From: Octopus vulgaris
Taxonomy: Eukaryota
Assembly (NCBI GenBank): GCA_951406725.2
Contig: OX597822.1
Coordinates: 61,876,001 to 61,940,000, forward strand
DNA: 64,000 bases
Direction: 5' to 3'
Below the pieces are notes generated by a model. That model saw only the letters and a program-made list of their open reading frames with translations, was not told the DNA's origin and did no database searches. Positions within the stretch are counted from its first letter, which is position 1, and each line of letters opens with the position of its first letter. Shown here one piece after another: positions 12,646 to 26,895 of this stretch. The position numbers and the translations under genes were made by a program.

Positions 12646-12677
12646 ATTTTGTTGAATTTTCTGCTGCTTTAAATAAA

Positions 12678-12726
<49 letters not shown>

Positions 12727-12949
12727 TTTGGAAGCGTAATACGTCCAATAAAGATGTGCTCTCAACATCACTGTTGTTAATCAAATTAGTTATCAATTAA
12801 TTACCTATTGTGTCTGGCGAATGGTACTGACAAACTAATCAATATTTAATTAACTAACTAATTAAATAACAATAAATATGTGCCAATATGAGTTATTAGC
12901 AGTATTATCCGTCTACAATTATCTTTCTATCTCTTTCACCACATCATTA

Positions 12950-13560
12950 CACATCTCGAATCTTGTGAGATGAAATATACAAGTGATCTGTCAGTTGAAG
13001 TTAGAGGAACAAAATTAACTAAAAATAAGAAAATAAGACAAAAATATCGAGAAACATTGAGAAAAGAAGAAACAAAAGCAAGAAAAGAAAAGTCTGGAGC
13101 AAGTTTTGAGAGACTCAAAGTCAGAAATAAGCGATTAGCGACCGAACCCGCAACTAATTCATCTAAGCAGCAGTAGGTGCGACGTCCTAACAAGAATCGA
13201 TCTAATGCTAATCGATCGGTGGGCACATAATTTGTCTGAGTAGCAACAGATGTGACATAGTAACGTGTAAGTGAAACGTCTTTTAGTGAAACACACTAAC
13301 AGGAAACAATGTGATTCACACCGACATGAAAATCGCACTGCCAATCATTGTATTCAGAATCGCTCAATTCAAATTACAATCAAGCCGCATCGAAATGCTC
13401 GACAAAATCTGGGACGTATGAATATTATTTGCAATCAGTGCAATGCACTATCATGGCTTGAAAAGTGGTCGTATGAGCCACCACAAAATCTATTTTATAC
13501 ATTTGAGAAGGGCATGTTAAATTACCCCCAGTAGCTAACCCACTGGAGTAAGATGGAAAC
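12950..13560 (+). pseudogene. Helitron RepHel N-terminal remnant; duplicate about 27120-27730
   Basis: R/K/E-rich stretch followed by HRNARQNLGRMNIICNQCNALSWLE..KG, typical of the Helitron N-terminal LGxMxxxCxxCxAxxWxxE Cys motif. Confidence 0.6.
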
Positions 13561-13599
13561 GTTCTGTGGTTTTGGTTTTCAAATTGAAAAAGGTTTTAA

Positions 13600-13816
13600 G
13601 AGTGGCTGTGTGGTAAGTAGCTTGCTTACGAACCACAGGGTTCCGGGTTCATTCCCACTGCGTGGCACCTTGGGCAAGTATCTTCTACTATAGCCTCGGG
13701 CCGACCATAGCCTTGTGAGTGGATTTGGTAGACGGAAACTGAAAGAAGCCCGTTGTATATATGTATATATGTATGTGTGTGTATATGTTTGTGTGTCTGT
13801 GTTTGTCCCCCCCCCC
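13600..13816 (+). mobile_element. tRNA-derived SINE, family B, 5' part; duplicate about 27769-27983
   Basis: A-box-like tggctgtgtgg and B-box-like ggttcattccc, then the core accttgggcaagt..., homologous to 17512-18030 and 40622-41050. Confidence 0.85.
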
Positions 13817-13879
13817 TACACGATGCACACGTACACACAAGCTATGTCCGGAAACATAGCTACCAAAAAAATGGAAGTG

Positions 13880-14040
13880 ATTTTCCATCTGTCAGCCTTC
13901 GATATGATAAATTCCGCTGAAGTGGACTTTTATTTTCATCACTTCCGAGGTCGACAAAATGAGAACCAGTTAAGTACCGAGCTCGCGGTAATCGACTAGA
14001 TCTCTCCCACTAAAATTTCATACTTTCTGCCTAAAGTGAA
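13880..14040 (+). mobile_element. Decayed SINE, family A
   Basis: aaattccgctgaagtggactttt..ttcatcacttccgaggtcgacaaaatgagaaccag is similar to the core of 15735-15965. Confidence 0.6.
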
Positions 14041-15734
14041 ATTTTGTACGGGAAAGAAAATATTAATCTTAGTGGTGTTAACTACAGATCTGAAATCTCA
14101 GTTTGGATATTGCAACGAGATTTTGATTAGCGTTTATCTTTTATCCCCGGGGTCTTGATAAAGTTGTAAGCACATTTCAAAGTTTCTCTTTAAAAAAAAC
14201 TGATGACTGCATGCAAAAGACGTTGAAAAGTGATAATATTCTTTCTAGACATATCATATTCTGTCTTAGAACAGTCACTAAATATATTTTTACAGAATTA
14301 CTACCAATACAACTCACATAAATCCTTTCATACTGAGTGCATAAAAATTTTACTTATTAAATAGTAAAACTCAACAACGTTGTACTTCGTTTTCGTTTAT
14401 GAGATTCAGAGGGTCTCGTGATATTTTTTGGTGGTTCGCCGTCGTTCGACGATGAAGATTCACTCGTGTTTAACTGAATTACCTTCTCTTGAGTTAACGT
14501 GTGAGTAAGCATTCCTTCGATGCGTGTTTCGTAATGTAATTATAATGTAGAATCATCGTGACAGAATGTGCAATAAAGTCGTGCATTTGAATTAAAGGAA
14601 CAACACACTCAACGCACTTCTGTATAGTTTCAATGTATCCAGTTTCACTTACAAGCTACAATAGATAATGGCATTTGCCGCAATCAGATGGAACATGGGA
14701 ATTTTTGTCATTCTCGTCACCTATCAAGACCTGCAGGGAAGTAATAAAAGTGTAAGTAAAAAAAAAATTACAGCCATCCTGCAACCCATTCTTTTACATG
14801 CATTCAGTAATCTCTAAGAATCTCACAGTAGATCTCAAAGAAGCTCACAATAGATCAGCTCTAAGGTTCCCTAGAAAGCTTTTAGTAACCTCTACAAAAG
14901 ATGTCCAACCTAGAAACTGAGTTTTGCATAAGAATGCCAGACAAGGTAGCTTATTGTATTTGTTATGAGTTCAAATTCCGCCTGGGTGTCCGAAAAGAAA
15001 CCCTCACCAACCTAGCGTAGAGAATAAGGTAAAGAAATGTCAGCACCAAGTAAATTGGTGCCAGGCAATATCGTGAGAAGGGTTCCTCCAGGTGGAGAGT
15101 CATATCTTTTGGTAAATGAATCCATGCACACACATTAGACCAGGTTAGCCTTATTTGATTTATGACAAGAACATTCTGATCGTGACCATTCTGTCATTCT
15201 CTTTTTTTGTTGATGCAGTGGGCTACTTTATCGAGTGTGCTCCCCATTTTTATAGCGATGAATAATATACATAATAAGACTCGACTGCTATTTCTAACAT
15301 GTCATGTGACGACGGATATTATTCTACGTTGGCCTGAGACCTTTGAGCGTCAAGTAGAGTGTTACCTGAAAAAGATTTGGTAGTTACTTCTTGTTATCCG
15401 AACGACCATGTAGAGGCTTCTTAGGTAGCTCCTAGTAAAACTAAACGATAATGAATATCACAAACGTGTTTCAAGTAATAGCAATGAAAACTGCCAAAAG
15501 AATAACCAAACAAACGACTTCAAATTACTAGAAATACCAGCGGTCAAGTCACATTCAACCGCCTTCTTAAAACAAAAAGGAAAAGAGAAAGGTCACATAT
15601 AGGGCAGTTTTGTCCCTGGTTTACAAAAATAGGGAATGGTCATAGAGAAAACATCTTTGATTTATTCATCAGTCAGGGCTAACCCAGAACTAAACAACAA
15701 CAATGTCGATTTCTAATATTGCTGCTACTGTAAG

Positions 15735-16340
15735 ACGGCGAGCTGGCAGAAACGCTAGCACGCCGGGCGAAATGGGTAGTGGCATTTCGTCTGCCGTTAC
15801 GTTCTGAGTTCAAATTCCGCCGAGGTCGACTTTGCCTTTCATCCTTTCGAGGTCGATAAATTAAGTACCAGTTACGCACTGGGGTCGATGTAATCGACTT
15901 AATACCTTTGTCTGTCCTTGTTTTGTCTCCTCTATGTTTAGCCCCTTGTGGGTAATAGAGAAATAGTTATTTCGTCTGCCGTTACGTTCTGAGTTCAAAT
16001 TCCGCTGAGGTTGACTTTGCCTTTCATCCTTTCGGGGTCGATCAAATAAGTACCAGTTACGCACTGGGGTCGATATAATTGACTTAATCCGTTTGTCTGT
16101 CCTTGTTTGTCCCCTCTATGCTTACCCCTTGTGGGCAATAAAGAAACAAGAAACGTTAGCACACCGGGCGAAATGCTTAGCGGTATTTCATGTCTTTACG
16201 TTCTGAGTTCAAATTCGACTTTACCTTTCTCTTTTCGGGGTCGATAAATTAAGTACCAGTTGCGTACTGAGGTCGATCTAATTGATTGGCCCCCTCCCCC
16301 AAAGTTTCGTGCCTTGTGCCTGGAGTAGAAAAGAATATTG
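15735..16340 (+). mobile_element. Three tandem or nested SINEs, family A; duplicate about 29902-30505
   Basis: gagttcaaattccgccgaggtcgactttgcctttcatcctttcg(g/a)ggtcgataaattaagtaccag occurs three times. tRNA-like head ggcgagctggcagaaacg and B box gagttcaaattc. Confidence 0.9.
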
Positions 16341-16693
16341 CTACTACTACTGCTGCAACCTAATGGAAACATGGACTTCATGGGTGCCATTTGTACTATT
16401 TGACTTTGCCGGCTCGCTGTCATAATCTAATATAGTCGTGTGGATGATCAATCTTTGAAGGATTTGCATAAAATATTCAAGTTTCTGTATCTCATGATAG
16501 ATTTAACCCTTATTGGTTATGTTCTCAATGAACAAATTTGTAATTAATTTTGCCTGAAAGAATGGCAGCATGTTGATTACAACGTTGTTCAGCATTTTAC
16601 ACAGAATAACCTGTCGTTCTTCTTACCGCAATTCTTATCGGTTCATGCAGAAGTTGCAGCCATTTTGATTACTTGATATATATGTGTGTGTCA

Positions 16694-16774
<81 letters not shown>

Positions 16775-16802
16775 CATTTATATATATATATAGGTGTGTG
16801 AG

Positions 16803-16844
<42 letters not shown>

Positions 16845-16877
16845 TATCTCAACATCTCAACACGCATATATACCTAT

Positions 16878-16915
<38 letters not shown>

Positions 16916-17018
16916 GTATACATACACATATATTTTACTTTCTCGTGTATATTTATATACAGAAGCAGACATATGTGTTCGTATGTGTGTGTGTGTATGT
17001 GCGTGTGTACGTGTGTGA

Positions 17019-17054
<36 letters not shown>

Positions 17055-17511
17055 ATGTGTTTATTAACAATCAGCAGAATTAGAGTGATTCAAGGGTCAA
17101 ATGTCTCGTGCGTTAGTACTTATCAAAAGGGCAAGTTTCACGAGTGGCAACACTCGAAACTAACTGGAGCTACTCTATAAGTTCTGTTAATTATTAATAA
17201 AAACTGCATATATACTCCTGCCTGCAGTTCTTTCCTCCTGTTTACAATACCAAACTCGTGCGTGTGTGTGTGTGGGGGGGGGTACGTGCGTGCGTGTTTT
17301 GTGTGTATGTATATATGCATATTTATATACATTTTATATATGTACATACATATACATGTGTGTCTTTAAAATAAGTACGTATGATAATATTAAGGCAATT
17401 ACTTGTAACATTTCTCGATGACGGAGCAAAAACACATTTGCAACAATAGCAGAGGTAACAACAAGAATGTCAGCAACTGCAAAACATCGTCATCATAAAA
17501 AAAAGTGGAAT

Positions 17512-17790
17512 CTTTTACTTGTTTCAGTCATTTGACTGCGGCCATACTGGAGCACCGCCTTTAGTCGAGCAAATCGATCCCAGGTCGTATTCTGTGTAAG
17601 CCTAGTACTTATTCTATCGGTATCTTTTGCCGAACTGCTAAATAACGGGGCGTAAACACACCATCATCGGTTGTCAAGCGATATTGGGGGGACAAACACA
17701 GACACACAAACACACACACACACAAACACACACACACATACACACACATACACACACATACACACACACACATGCACACACACACACATG

Positions 17791-17865
<75 letters not shown>

Positions 17866-18030
17866 GTACGACGGGCTTTCAGTTTCTGTGTACCAAATTT
17901 ATTCACAAAGCTATGGTCGGCCCGAGGCTATAGTAGAAGACGCTTTCCCAAAGTGCCACGCAGTGGGGCTGAACCCAGAACCATGTGGTTCGTAAGCAAG
18001 CTACTTACCACACAGCAACTCCTGCGCCTA
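17512..18030 (-). mobile_element. Full-length SINE, family B, with internal (TA)/(TG) microsatellite; duplicate about 31698-32204
   Basis: Reverse complement of the 13600 family, including the tail ...gactgaaacaagtaaaag. Confidence 0.88.
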
Positions 18031-18269
18031 TATTAATATAACTTCAATAACTTCGCCAAACTTAAAGGTAATAGTATTGAAACTCACCTGTCTTGAAAAT
18101 AATCTTAAGATTACATCCTTGACAAAAGTGATTTGGTTGCATTTTAAATTTCGTTCGTCCAATGAATTAAATTTGCCTTTTATTCGCACACATCAAAAGA
18201 CACTCTCATGTTTTTTTCTTTATTCACACCTATATTATCAATATCATATATTTAATGTATGTATGCTGG

Positions 18270-18687
18270 TAAGCATTTGTAGCTGCAGTATTGCGTCTGG
18301 TAAGAGATCCTTATAAAGACGTATAGTTTTAAAAACAGTATATTTCAAGGACAGGCGAAATGACTACGCCCAGGAAGTGAACAAGAACGACAGATATCGA
18401 TATTTTCCAGTTTTTTTCAGTTCATCAATGCTGTATGCTCGTCCCAATTCGAAAAGAAATCGCATCGCCGCCAGCTTGAAGTATATACATTTAGAGTAAA
18501 ATCTATGTGCTGATGTGCAATTCCGTCACGCACGTAGAAGTAAATTCAAATTTTGAGTAAGAAATATCGATATTTGTCATTCTTGTTCACTCCCGGGATG
18601 ATTTTGCTTTGAAACATACAGTTTTTTTAACACGAAACGATTTTAATGGATCTCTCTCAGACGTAATACCGCAGTTACAGGTGTTTA
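18270..18687. mobile_element. MITE with about 140-bp imperfect terminal inverted repeats; duplicate 32444-32861
   Basis: Left end taagcatttgtagctgcagtattgcgtctggtaagagatcc versus the reverse complement of the right end, taaacacctgtaactgcggtattacgtctgagagagatcc. Inner pair gtgaacaagaacgacagatatcgatattt / aaatatcgatatttgtcattcttgttcac. Confidence 0.75.
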
Positions 18688-18700
18688 ACAACACACTCTA

Positions 18701-18786
<86 letters not shown>

Positions 18787-18997
18787 TAGATAGATAGATT
18801 AGATAAATAGGTCAAATATGAGAAAAAGATCTCAATCAGTCGGTATATATATATAAATATTTATTTTTAATCACCAGAAAATTACAAAAAAGACTCAGGA
18901 GCCTAGACTTTTGTGCATTGCACTAAACTCTGAGCCCCTGAATTTGTTTTGTGATTTTCCATCGATTAAAAAATTTGTGTATGCATGTATGCATTTA

Positions 18998-19058
<61 letters not shown>

Positions 19059-19232
19059 ATATATATATATATATTTAATGAAATGGATAAATGAATTATC
19101 TTGTTAAGGATTATTCAAAATTTAACCGATACCTGGGTAGCAAAAATCACAACAGAAAAAACACGGTTGAAGTTACGACCTTGGGGTGTCGCAACCGTGC
19201 CTTAGCGCGGATAATTGAAGTTTGATCTGGAT

Positions 19233-19314
19233 TTTCCTGAAGATAATGCTGCAAAATGGTCTCCTTATTCAATCCGAATTTGGAAATTTGCGGCCTTTGA
19301 AACATGTGTAGAAA
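19233..19314 (+). ncRNA. Type I hammerhead ribozyme in a pseudo-LTR-like insert (19080-19370); duplicate 33426-33505 lacks 2 nt in loop III
   Basis: tttc-CUGAAGA (19237-19243)-t-aatgctgcaaa...tttgcggcctt-t-GAAAC-atgt-GUA-gaaa. The flanks are homologous to the 6600-7130 element. Confidence 0.7.
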
Positions 19315-19399
19315 TTAATAAAAGGAATTCTGTAGCATCTTCGTTCAGCTCCATTTCTTCCCTTCACTAAATATATATATATATATAAATATATATATT

Positions 19400-19468
<69 letters not shown>

Positions 19469-20569
19469 TGTGAATTCTCTCCAGGAAATAATGCCTCGGT
19501 TCTTTCGGCCTCCTCCAGTTGCACCGGAACAAATAGTTAGTGGTGTTAGATTGCCTAGTGTTCTGCTGTTAGTTTGACGCTATCTAGCGACCATAATTTC
19601 GTTCAGTAGTGTTGGCGACTGAGAACAAATATTCACCATAAGGCCTTTTTTCCTTCTGAGAAACTGATAATCTACCAAGTCAGTCTCCTGCACATTGTTG
19701 CCATCTTAGTAATATGCACACGGAATGCTGCATTATTACACATATGCATTTCCAGGTCACACATCCATCGTAACTCCAGAATTTCAGCACATCCTGGTTC
19801 TGTGTATTCCGATAGCAATCTGTTGTGGGCCGATTGCTGAGCGCTTAAAATTTCTAAGCGTTGAATGCAGAAAAATATTGTGGGGAAGCTGAGGCTGAAA
19901 GGATTGAGAATGAACACTTTCTACTCGGGTAAAACCCTTATCAACGCTTTGAAGTTCGCTTGAGGAATGAAGTGAGTATGGGAAGGGAAATACACACCCC
20001 AAGCAAACTTAAAAGGTGAGTGACTGTGGAAAAACGGTTTGGGTGAATGGATCTACTCCATGTGTGTCTATAGATTGGAGAACCCGGTTCGTGTGGGTTC
20101 TTTGATTTATTATTTCATGCTGGAGATTCTCCTGCACCAGGAAGACTGCATTATTCATGTGTTCACAAATGAGAATAATTTTTTTATTATAAACTGTCCC
20201 TGTAGTGCCCCGCTCATCTGATTCCCTTGTGGCAAATAAAACAAAACATTACTATTTATCGCCACATCTATATAGCTGTTCCGTTTTTAACCCCAGAAAG
20301 AGCCTCCTCCAGCTGGTTATCGATGCAATCTGCAACCGATATATATTGCAAGCAGGGGAGCGAACCCCTACCATCTTCTAGCAGACGACAGGATCACCAG
20401 ACATTCCATATTTTCTCTCCTTGTTTTTTTCTGTGTTCCTTTCTGTGGAAGAGTGTAGGCTCGAAACTTTAAAGACTTTTTCCCTTCCCGACCGTCATAC
20501 TAATACATCTGTTTGTTGTCTACACCACCTGTCTTCGTCTTTTGGTTTTTTTTTGAGAATTCTCCCTAT

Positions 20570-20618
<49 letters not shown>

Positions 20619-20641
20619 CATACATACATACATATACATAC

Positions 20642-20676
<35 letters not shown>

Positions 20677-21000
20677 CATACATATATATATATGCATACA
20701 TATATATACATATATATGTATATATATATACATGTATATATAAATATATATATATATGTGTATTTTTACTATAGATAAATGAAAGAATGGAGTCGAACGA
20801 CGATTTAACCAAATTCCTTTATTCTCGACACATCGAAGACTGCATATTCTTAATTCCGAAGGAATAAAGGGTGCATTATGCCGTCTTCTCATCAGGAAAG
20901 ACAAGGAACTCATGTCAGCATCATGACGAACAAAAACTTTTAGATGACTGCTCCGTGTGGGCAGTCATCTAAAAGTTTTTGTTCGTCATGATGCTGACAT

Positions 21001-21105
21001 GAGTTCCTTGTCTTTCCTGATGAGAAGACGGCATAATGCACCCTTTATTCCTTCGGAATTAAGAATATACAGTCTTCGAAACATGTGTCGAGAATAAAGG
21101 AATTT
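21001..21105 (+). ncRNA. Type I hammerhead ribozyme (duplicate of 6841-6945)
   Basis: Identical sequence in the second copy of the tandem duplication. Confidence 0.8.
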
Positions 21106-21320
21106 GATTAAATCGTCGTTCGACTCCATTCTTTCATTCATCTATAGTAAAAAAAACACACAAATTTCCACACGAAAGCACGTGATTTCTGCCCTTGGCA
21201 TGTAGCTTCAACCGTGCTTTCTGACGTAAATTTGCTACCCGGGTATCGGTTAACCGAATTATCCATACTAGGATAATTCATTCAACTACTTAAACATATA
21301 TATGTGTGTATATATATATC

Positions 21321-21388
<68 letters not shown>

Positions 21389-24300
21389 GAGCGGACATGG
21401 CATGCATGCGTGCTCAAACACACTCAATCACGCGCACATACACATAGATACACATGCACACATACACTCGCTCACACATGCGTATTCATTCATATGTATA
21501 TTGCGTGCGCGCACGTCTCTGTGTATGCTTGTGCGTATCTTTATTAAGTTGTCAGGTGTGTGTTGAATGCAGTACACGAATAACTCTTGATTTATTAACA
21601 TTTCCTTTGTAGACTGACGTAAACATCTATTATGTTCCTGAAGTGCATCAGCTGCAGAGGCATACGGAGTCTCATTTAGAAAAACCCAGCTGCTCTCTAC
21701 TTCATCAAGATTGGAAGCTGGTTCGTTTAATCATTCAGAGATGCCTTCATAAAAGTCATTTTGAAAATGCTGTTGATTTTATGTTCTCCATACTCAAATT
21801 TCATAGTGATAGTCTTCATTTAAGGCGACTCTTACTTCTAAATTTTCAAATTTAGTAATAATGGGTGCATGATGAGGTCTGCATTCATCTATATACTTGG
21901 ATCATGTTATTCGTGCGTCACTGCGTTCGTATCTTCTCACTGTTATGTAATCCAAATGATGCCAGGTTTACAATCAATGATGCATCCAAGAGGTTCTGCA
22001 CCATATTAGAAGGGAAAACTTAGCATTATAAAGAGACTGTGCTCTGCATAAACGCTTTAAACGCTTAAAACGCTAAGGTCATTGCAACTCCAACAGCTCA
22101 TCTCCCAAATGAAAACCAATGAGACTATTACGTATAATTGTGTGTGTGTATGTAGATACACATTGGTATATTAATATATATATATATATATATTTATATA
22201 TACATACATACATACATACATGACACATGTATATGTGCATATTGTACTTTTTTAATATACATGCATATATAATATACAATGTATGTATGTCATTGTTCAG
22301 TTTATTTCAAGATTTCTTACCGATAGAGAAAGTAACGGTTTCTAACCTAAATCCAAGATTACTTCATTGGAATTTCAACATCAACAACAGGGTGTATGTG
22401 TATTTATGTATGTAAATATTTGTATATTTTATGTATGTATTCTCATGCATATAGTTGCATACCTAGACATGCTCATATATAATTACAGGTATAGACCTGA
22501 CCTTGTAATCTGGATCTAGTAACTGCAGATTTCTCAATAGTTCAGCATAGGTGTTCCCTTTTTCGCTGACCTTCAGCTTTATGCTAACATCCTCAACTGT
22601 GCACAGTTTCTCTTCTCTATCCCACATGATTATATCAAATCTGTTGTGCGTACATTTCATTGAGGCCTTCACTGATACATTCCACCAGTATTCCTTTTTA
22701 TTATGAGTACCTATGATTTCTATCATATTGTGGATTCTTATATTTTTGTCCTTGGAATTATCCTTGCCAGTTTAGCCAATAAAACCACACGCACTATATA
22801 TTTGGTGTTAATTTGCTTCAGCTTTATTTACTTTTTACATTAATCTTAATCTTAAAGTTTTTTCGTTACACTTCTGTTACCACATCAGAGGTCCTTTGCT
22901 TTCTTATTTCTTATTGGTGTATCTCTCCTTACTAACGGTCAGCCATTTTGTATTTTGTATTCCTATTGTATGTGACTTTATTAAGCTGAAGCAAATTAAC
23001 ACCAAATATATAGTGCGTGTGTTTTTATTGGTTAAACTGGTAACATGATCATTCCTAAATACAACAACAATAACAACAACAACACACACACACATATACA
23101 TGCATATATATATATATAGGTTATGAGAGGTAATGGTGTCAGTAAGGCCCAAAGGTGTCAGGTAATGCTGAGTAAGTGCTATGAACAGACTATAGTTAAG
23201 CTCCAGGTTTGGTGATTATGCTATGACGTAGGTCATATATCAGCATGTGTCTATATAAAAAAAAATTCCAGAATGAGATAAAAATACAGGGTTGCGAAAG
23301 ATTTTAGAACATTTATAAATAGAAGGTCTTACAGCTGTTTCCAAGATATTTTTATATATCCCTTAATCGGAGACGGTGTTGAGTTGTCAAAAGGCCCCCC
23401 CCCCCCCACGTCCAATGGACGGTGCTGAGTTGTCAAACATTTAAACCAAATTTTCTCAAAACAACTTGTCCGACCATCCCATAGGCCTCCCCTTTGAGAA
23501 ACACTGATTTAACCTAAATTTGAGACACCAGCAAAAGAAGAAATAAAGATAGACTTTTTTTCTATTCCAAAGAAAAACGATTTCCCACGGATTTATCGAT
23601 CGCATTTTCACCTGGAATCGATTTTTGTAAGTTTTTCAAGACTTATACACGCCCTGATACCGTCGATATCTACATATCAAATTTGAGCGCAATCGGATGG
23701 AGGATGCTCGAGATCCTAGAAGCCACACATACAGACAGACAGAACGGATTTTATATAAGAGATATAAAGTTACGCACACACACAAATGTTGTCTTATCTG
23801 TACTCATGAATGGTTAAGAATCAACGATTACATTTATATATATATATATACGTGTACATAACGCAACATGATATAATATAATGTAATATAATATAATATA
23901 ATATAATATAATATATTATAAAAACGTATAATACATTTTTATGAAGTCAACAGATGTGTGTTTAACGACATATGTAATAAATTCCTAGTGTATTAAACTT
24001 TCTCTCTCAGAGAGACATAAGGTCATCCATAATTAGACTGAATTTGCATTTTTTTCTTTTACATCTAAACTAGTGACCATGCAGTGATACCAGTGAAGCC
24101 ACTATTTCATTTGCCAACTGTTAGAAATTCTAATTCTAATTCTGAAATAATTAAATCAATTTTCATATTCTCTAACGCATTCTCTTCAAGGGACAATGAA
24201 GAAGCTTCCATGTGGACACAGAACATGCTAGAATTGACAGCCAAAATCTTTGTGGAATCGTGACTTACTGCCTTAAAGTAAAGGTTCCTTGAAGAATGTA

Positions 24301-25281
24301 ATCTAAGATAAACCATTCCTGAAGCAAGGCTGAGTAGTTATGAATGCATGAGAAGCCAATGATTGCTCTGCTCAAATACAGCTGACTAACATCATTTTCT
24401 TCAAAATTAGAAACATTTAAGCTTAATATCTGATTTACTTCTAGTTTTCTTATGTTGATATCACTTCTGATTTCTTTATACTAGCGCAGCAAGCTATCCA
24501 ATTTACAGACAAATGTGTCGGATGTAACAAGTTCTTTTCCTTTCCAGTTTTGTAGAATTGCGTTTAAAAATGTCTCTCTTTCAGATATTTATTTAGAAAA
24601 GGAATTTATATTCTGTTGGAAGATACTCTACCTCACACTTCAATCAATAATGATAAATCTCCTGTATTCTTTGATTTATTGAATTATTCTGGGCACCATC
24701 ATATCGATTAGTCTTATTGAAAAAAGGTCCCCGATACCTCAATAATAGTGACCCAGCATGGCCACAGCCTCTGGCTGAAACATAATGAAATAGATAGTAG
24801 AATTATAAAATCATTCTCTTTTGAAATCTACATGCATTTTGTTTACGCAGTGGAATTTGCCTCGTGGTTTAGAAAATTCTTCCAGATACCATAGAAGTAG
24901 TAATTTTAACGGACAATTACGAAATATATACTTTCGTTCCAACAATTCATTTGATCCCATTTGTGTTCTCCTAATTTAAACAACACCTTTCGTTAGTAAG
25001 TGGCATCAACGAAGCAAAAACAAAAAAGTTCTCGGATTTACTGGAATCGAATTGTAATCACATTATTTTGATAACTGTGAATTGCAAATTCTATTTCTTT
25101 TTAGCTCCTGATAGAAAGCTTTGAATATAGATTCACTCAGAAGCACTGCAATAGACATTGGTAAAAGTTATTCACAAGAAGAAACACAGAAATTTGAAGA
25201 AAAACGTATTTTCCCATGTTTACACACATACATATTGACACACTCATAAGTGTGTGTGTGTGTGTATGTGAGTATATAAAT

Positions 25282-25351
<70 letters not shown>

Positions 25352-26698
25352 AGAAAATGGAGAAATACATCCAAATCAATTATCAACTACCAGATAATAC
25401 CTAATCACATAATTTATTAAACCACTACATATGAACATTAAGATGAAACATAATAATATAGAACAAAACAGTGTACATGAAGGAGTAATATGATACAATA
25501 AATAAAATATGTATAATAGAATATAAATAAAATAAATATAAATATAAACAACATCTTACACCTGTTTCGGCCATGCAGATATGGGTGTCTCATTTTGCTC
25601 ATATTATCCATGTGTGATAGGTTAATATGTAGTTATAAATGAGACACTTGCAAAATATCCCAAGGCCTCTTCGGAGATTATGAAATACAAACTAAATTAA
25701 ATATACACCCATATAAGTGTGGGTACATACCCATAATATATCATATACACATACATATGAGTGCATATACTCATACTCCTATATATATATACATATACAT
25801 AATAATATAAATCAATATACATATGTCCCATATTCAATGTTACAATTTTTCAACTTAATATTATATTACAATGTAGCAAACATACACATATTAATACTCA
25901 AATGCAGATATACAAAGTCAAGAGTACATTAAATTATATTAATTTACAAAATGTCATTAATATTAATATCATTACTATTATCATTACCACTATTGCTACG
26001 AATTCATTATTGTTATTAATAATAACACTAATACTAGCAAAACAATATATGGATTACACTGTTAGCAACATAATAGCAAAAACAAGAACAACAATAGTAC
26101 TACAGTACCATGCAAAGCATTAAATATCTACATATAAAATGAAAAGTAAAAGCATTTTGGTTTACATGATATTAAGTTCCACAGGTGTATAAATGTACAT
26201 GCGATTGCAGTCTATAATTTCAACTGTGACACAAATACAGTATTACGTTCAGAAATAGTTAAGAATCGAACGCTAAAATATGATTGGCCTGTACATTTAA
26301 ATTTCAATTTCAATTGTCTTCGTTACGGTTGGTTTGTTAAGAAACACCCACATACGCACACTTGCAAACGTGCGCCCACACACACATACACAGACAAACC
26401 ACAACATAAGAGATACCAGCCCCGCCCCCCCACACATGCTTACATACAAATCTACTCACATATATCCATAAAAATGCATACATGCAAGCACACAGACATG
26501 TATACCCAGTCTATTTACGTTATTATCACAAGATACATAATTAAAGTAACACCGTATATTTCGTAAACAATTTAACGTGCTACTGAATCTTCCATATAGT
26601 CACAATTTCGACTGTGTTCCCATTCAAACGTTCACTAATAACCAGCTCAGGCATGGGAAAACTATATCAACATATATACATGCACACACACCCGCACA

Positions 26699-26763
<65 letters not shown>

Positions 26764-26846
26764 GTATGTATGTATGTTGTCTGATGAACGGCAACGAGAA
26801 ACTCAGAGTAACAGATTTTGTTGAATTTTCTGCTGCTTTAAATAAA

Positions 26847-26895
<49 letters not shown>

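Noticed and set aside
15735-16340. Repeated motif with intervening sequence, superficially CRISPR-like
   Set aside because: Units are 180-230 bp tandem SINEs with Pol III boxes. The context is eukaryotic and there are no cas genes.
18885-18945. Possible further hammerhead or hairpin
   Set aside because: Core nucleotides could not be assigned convincingly.
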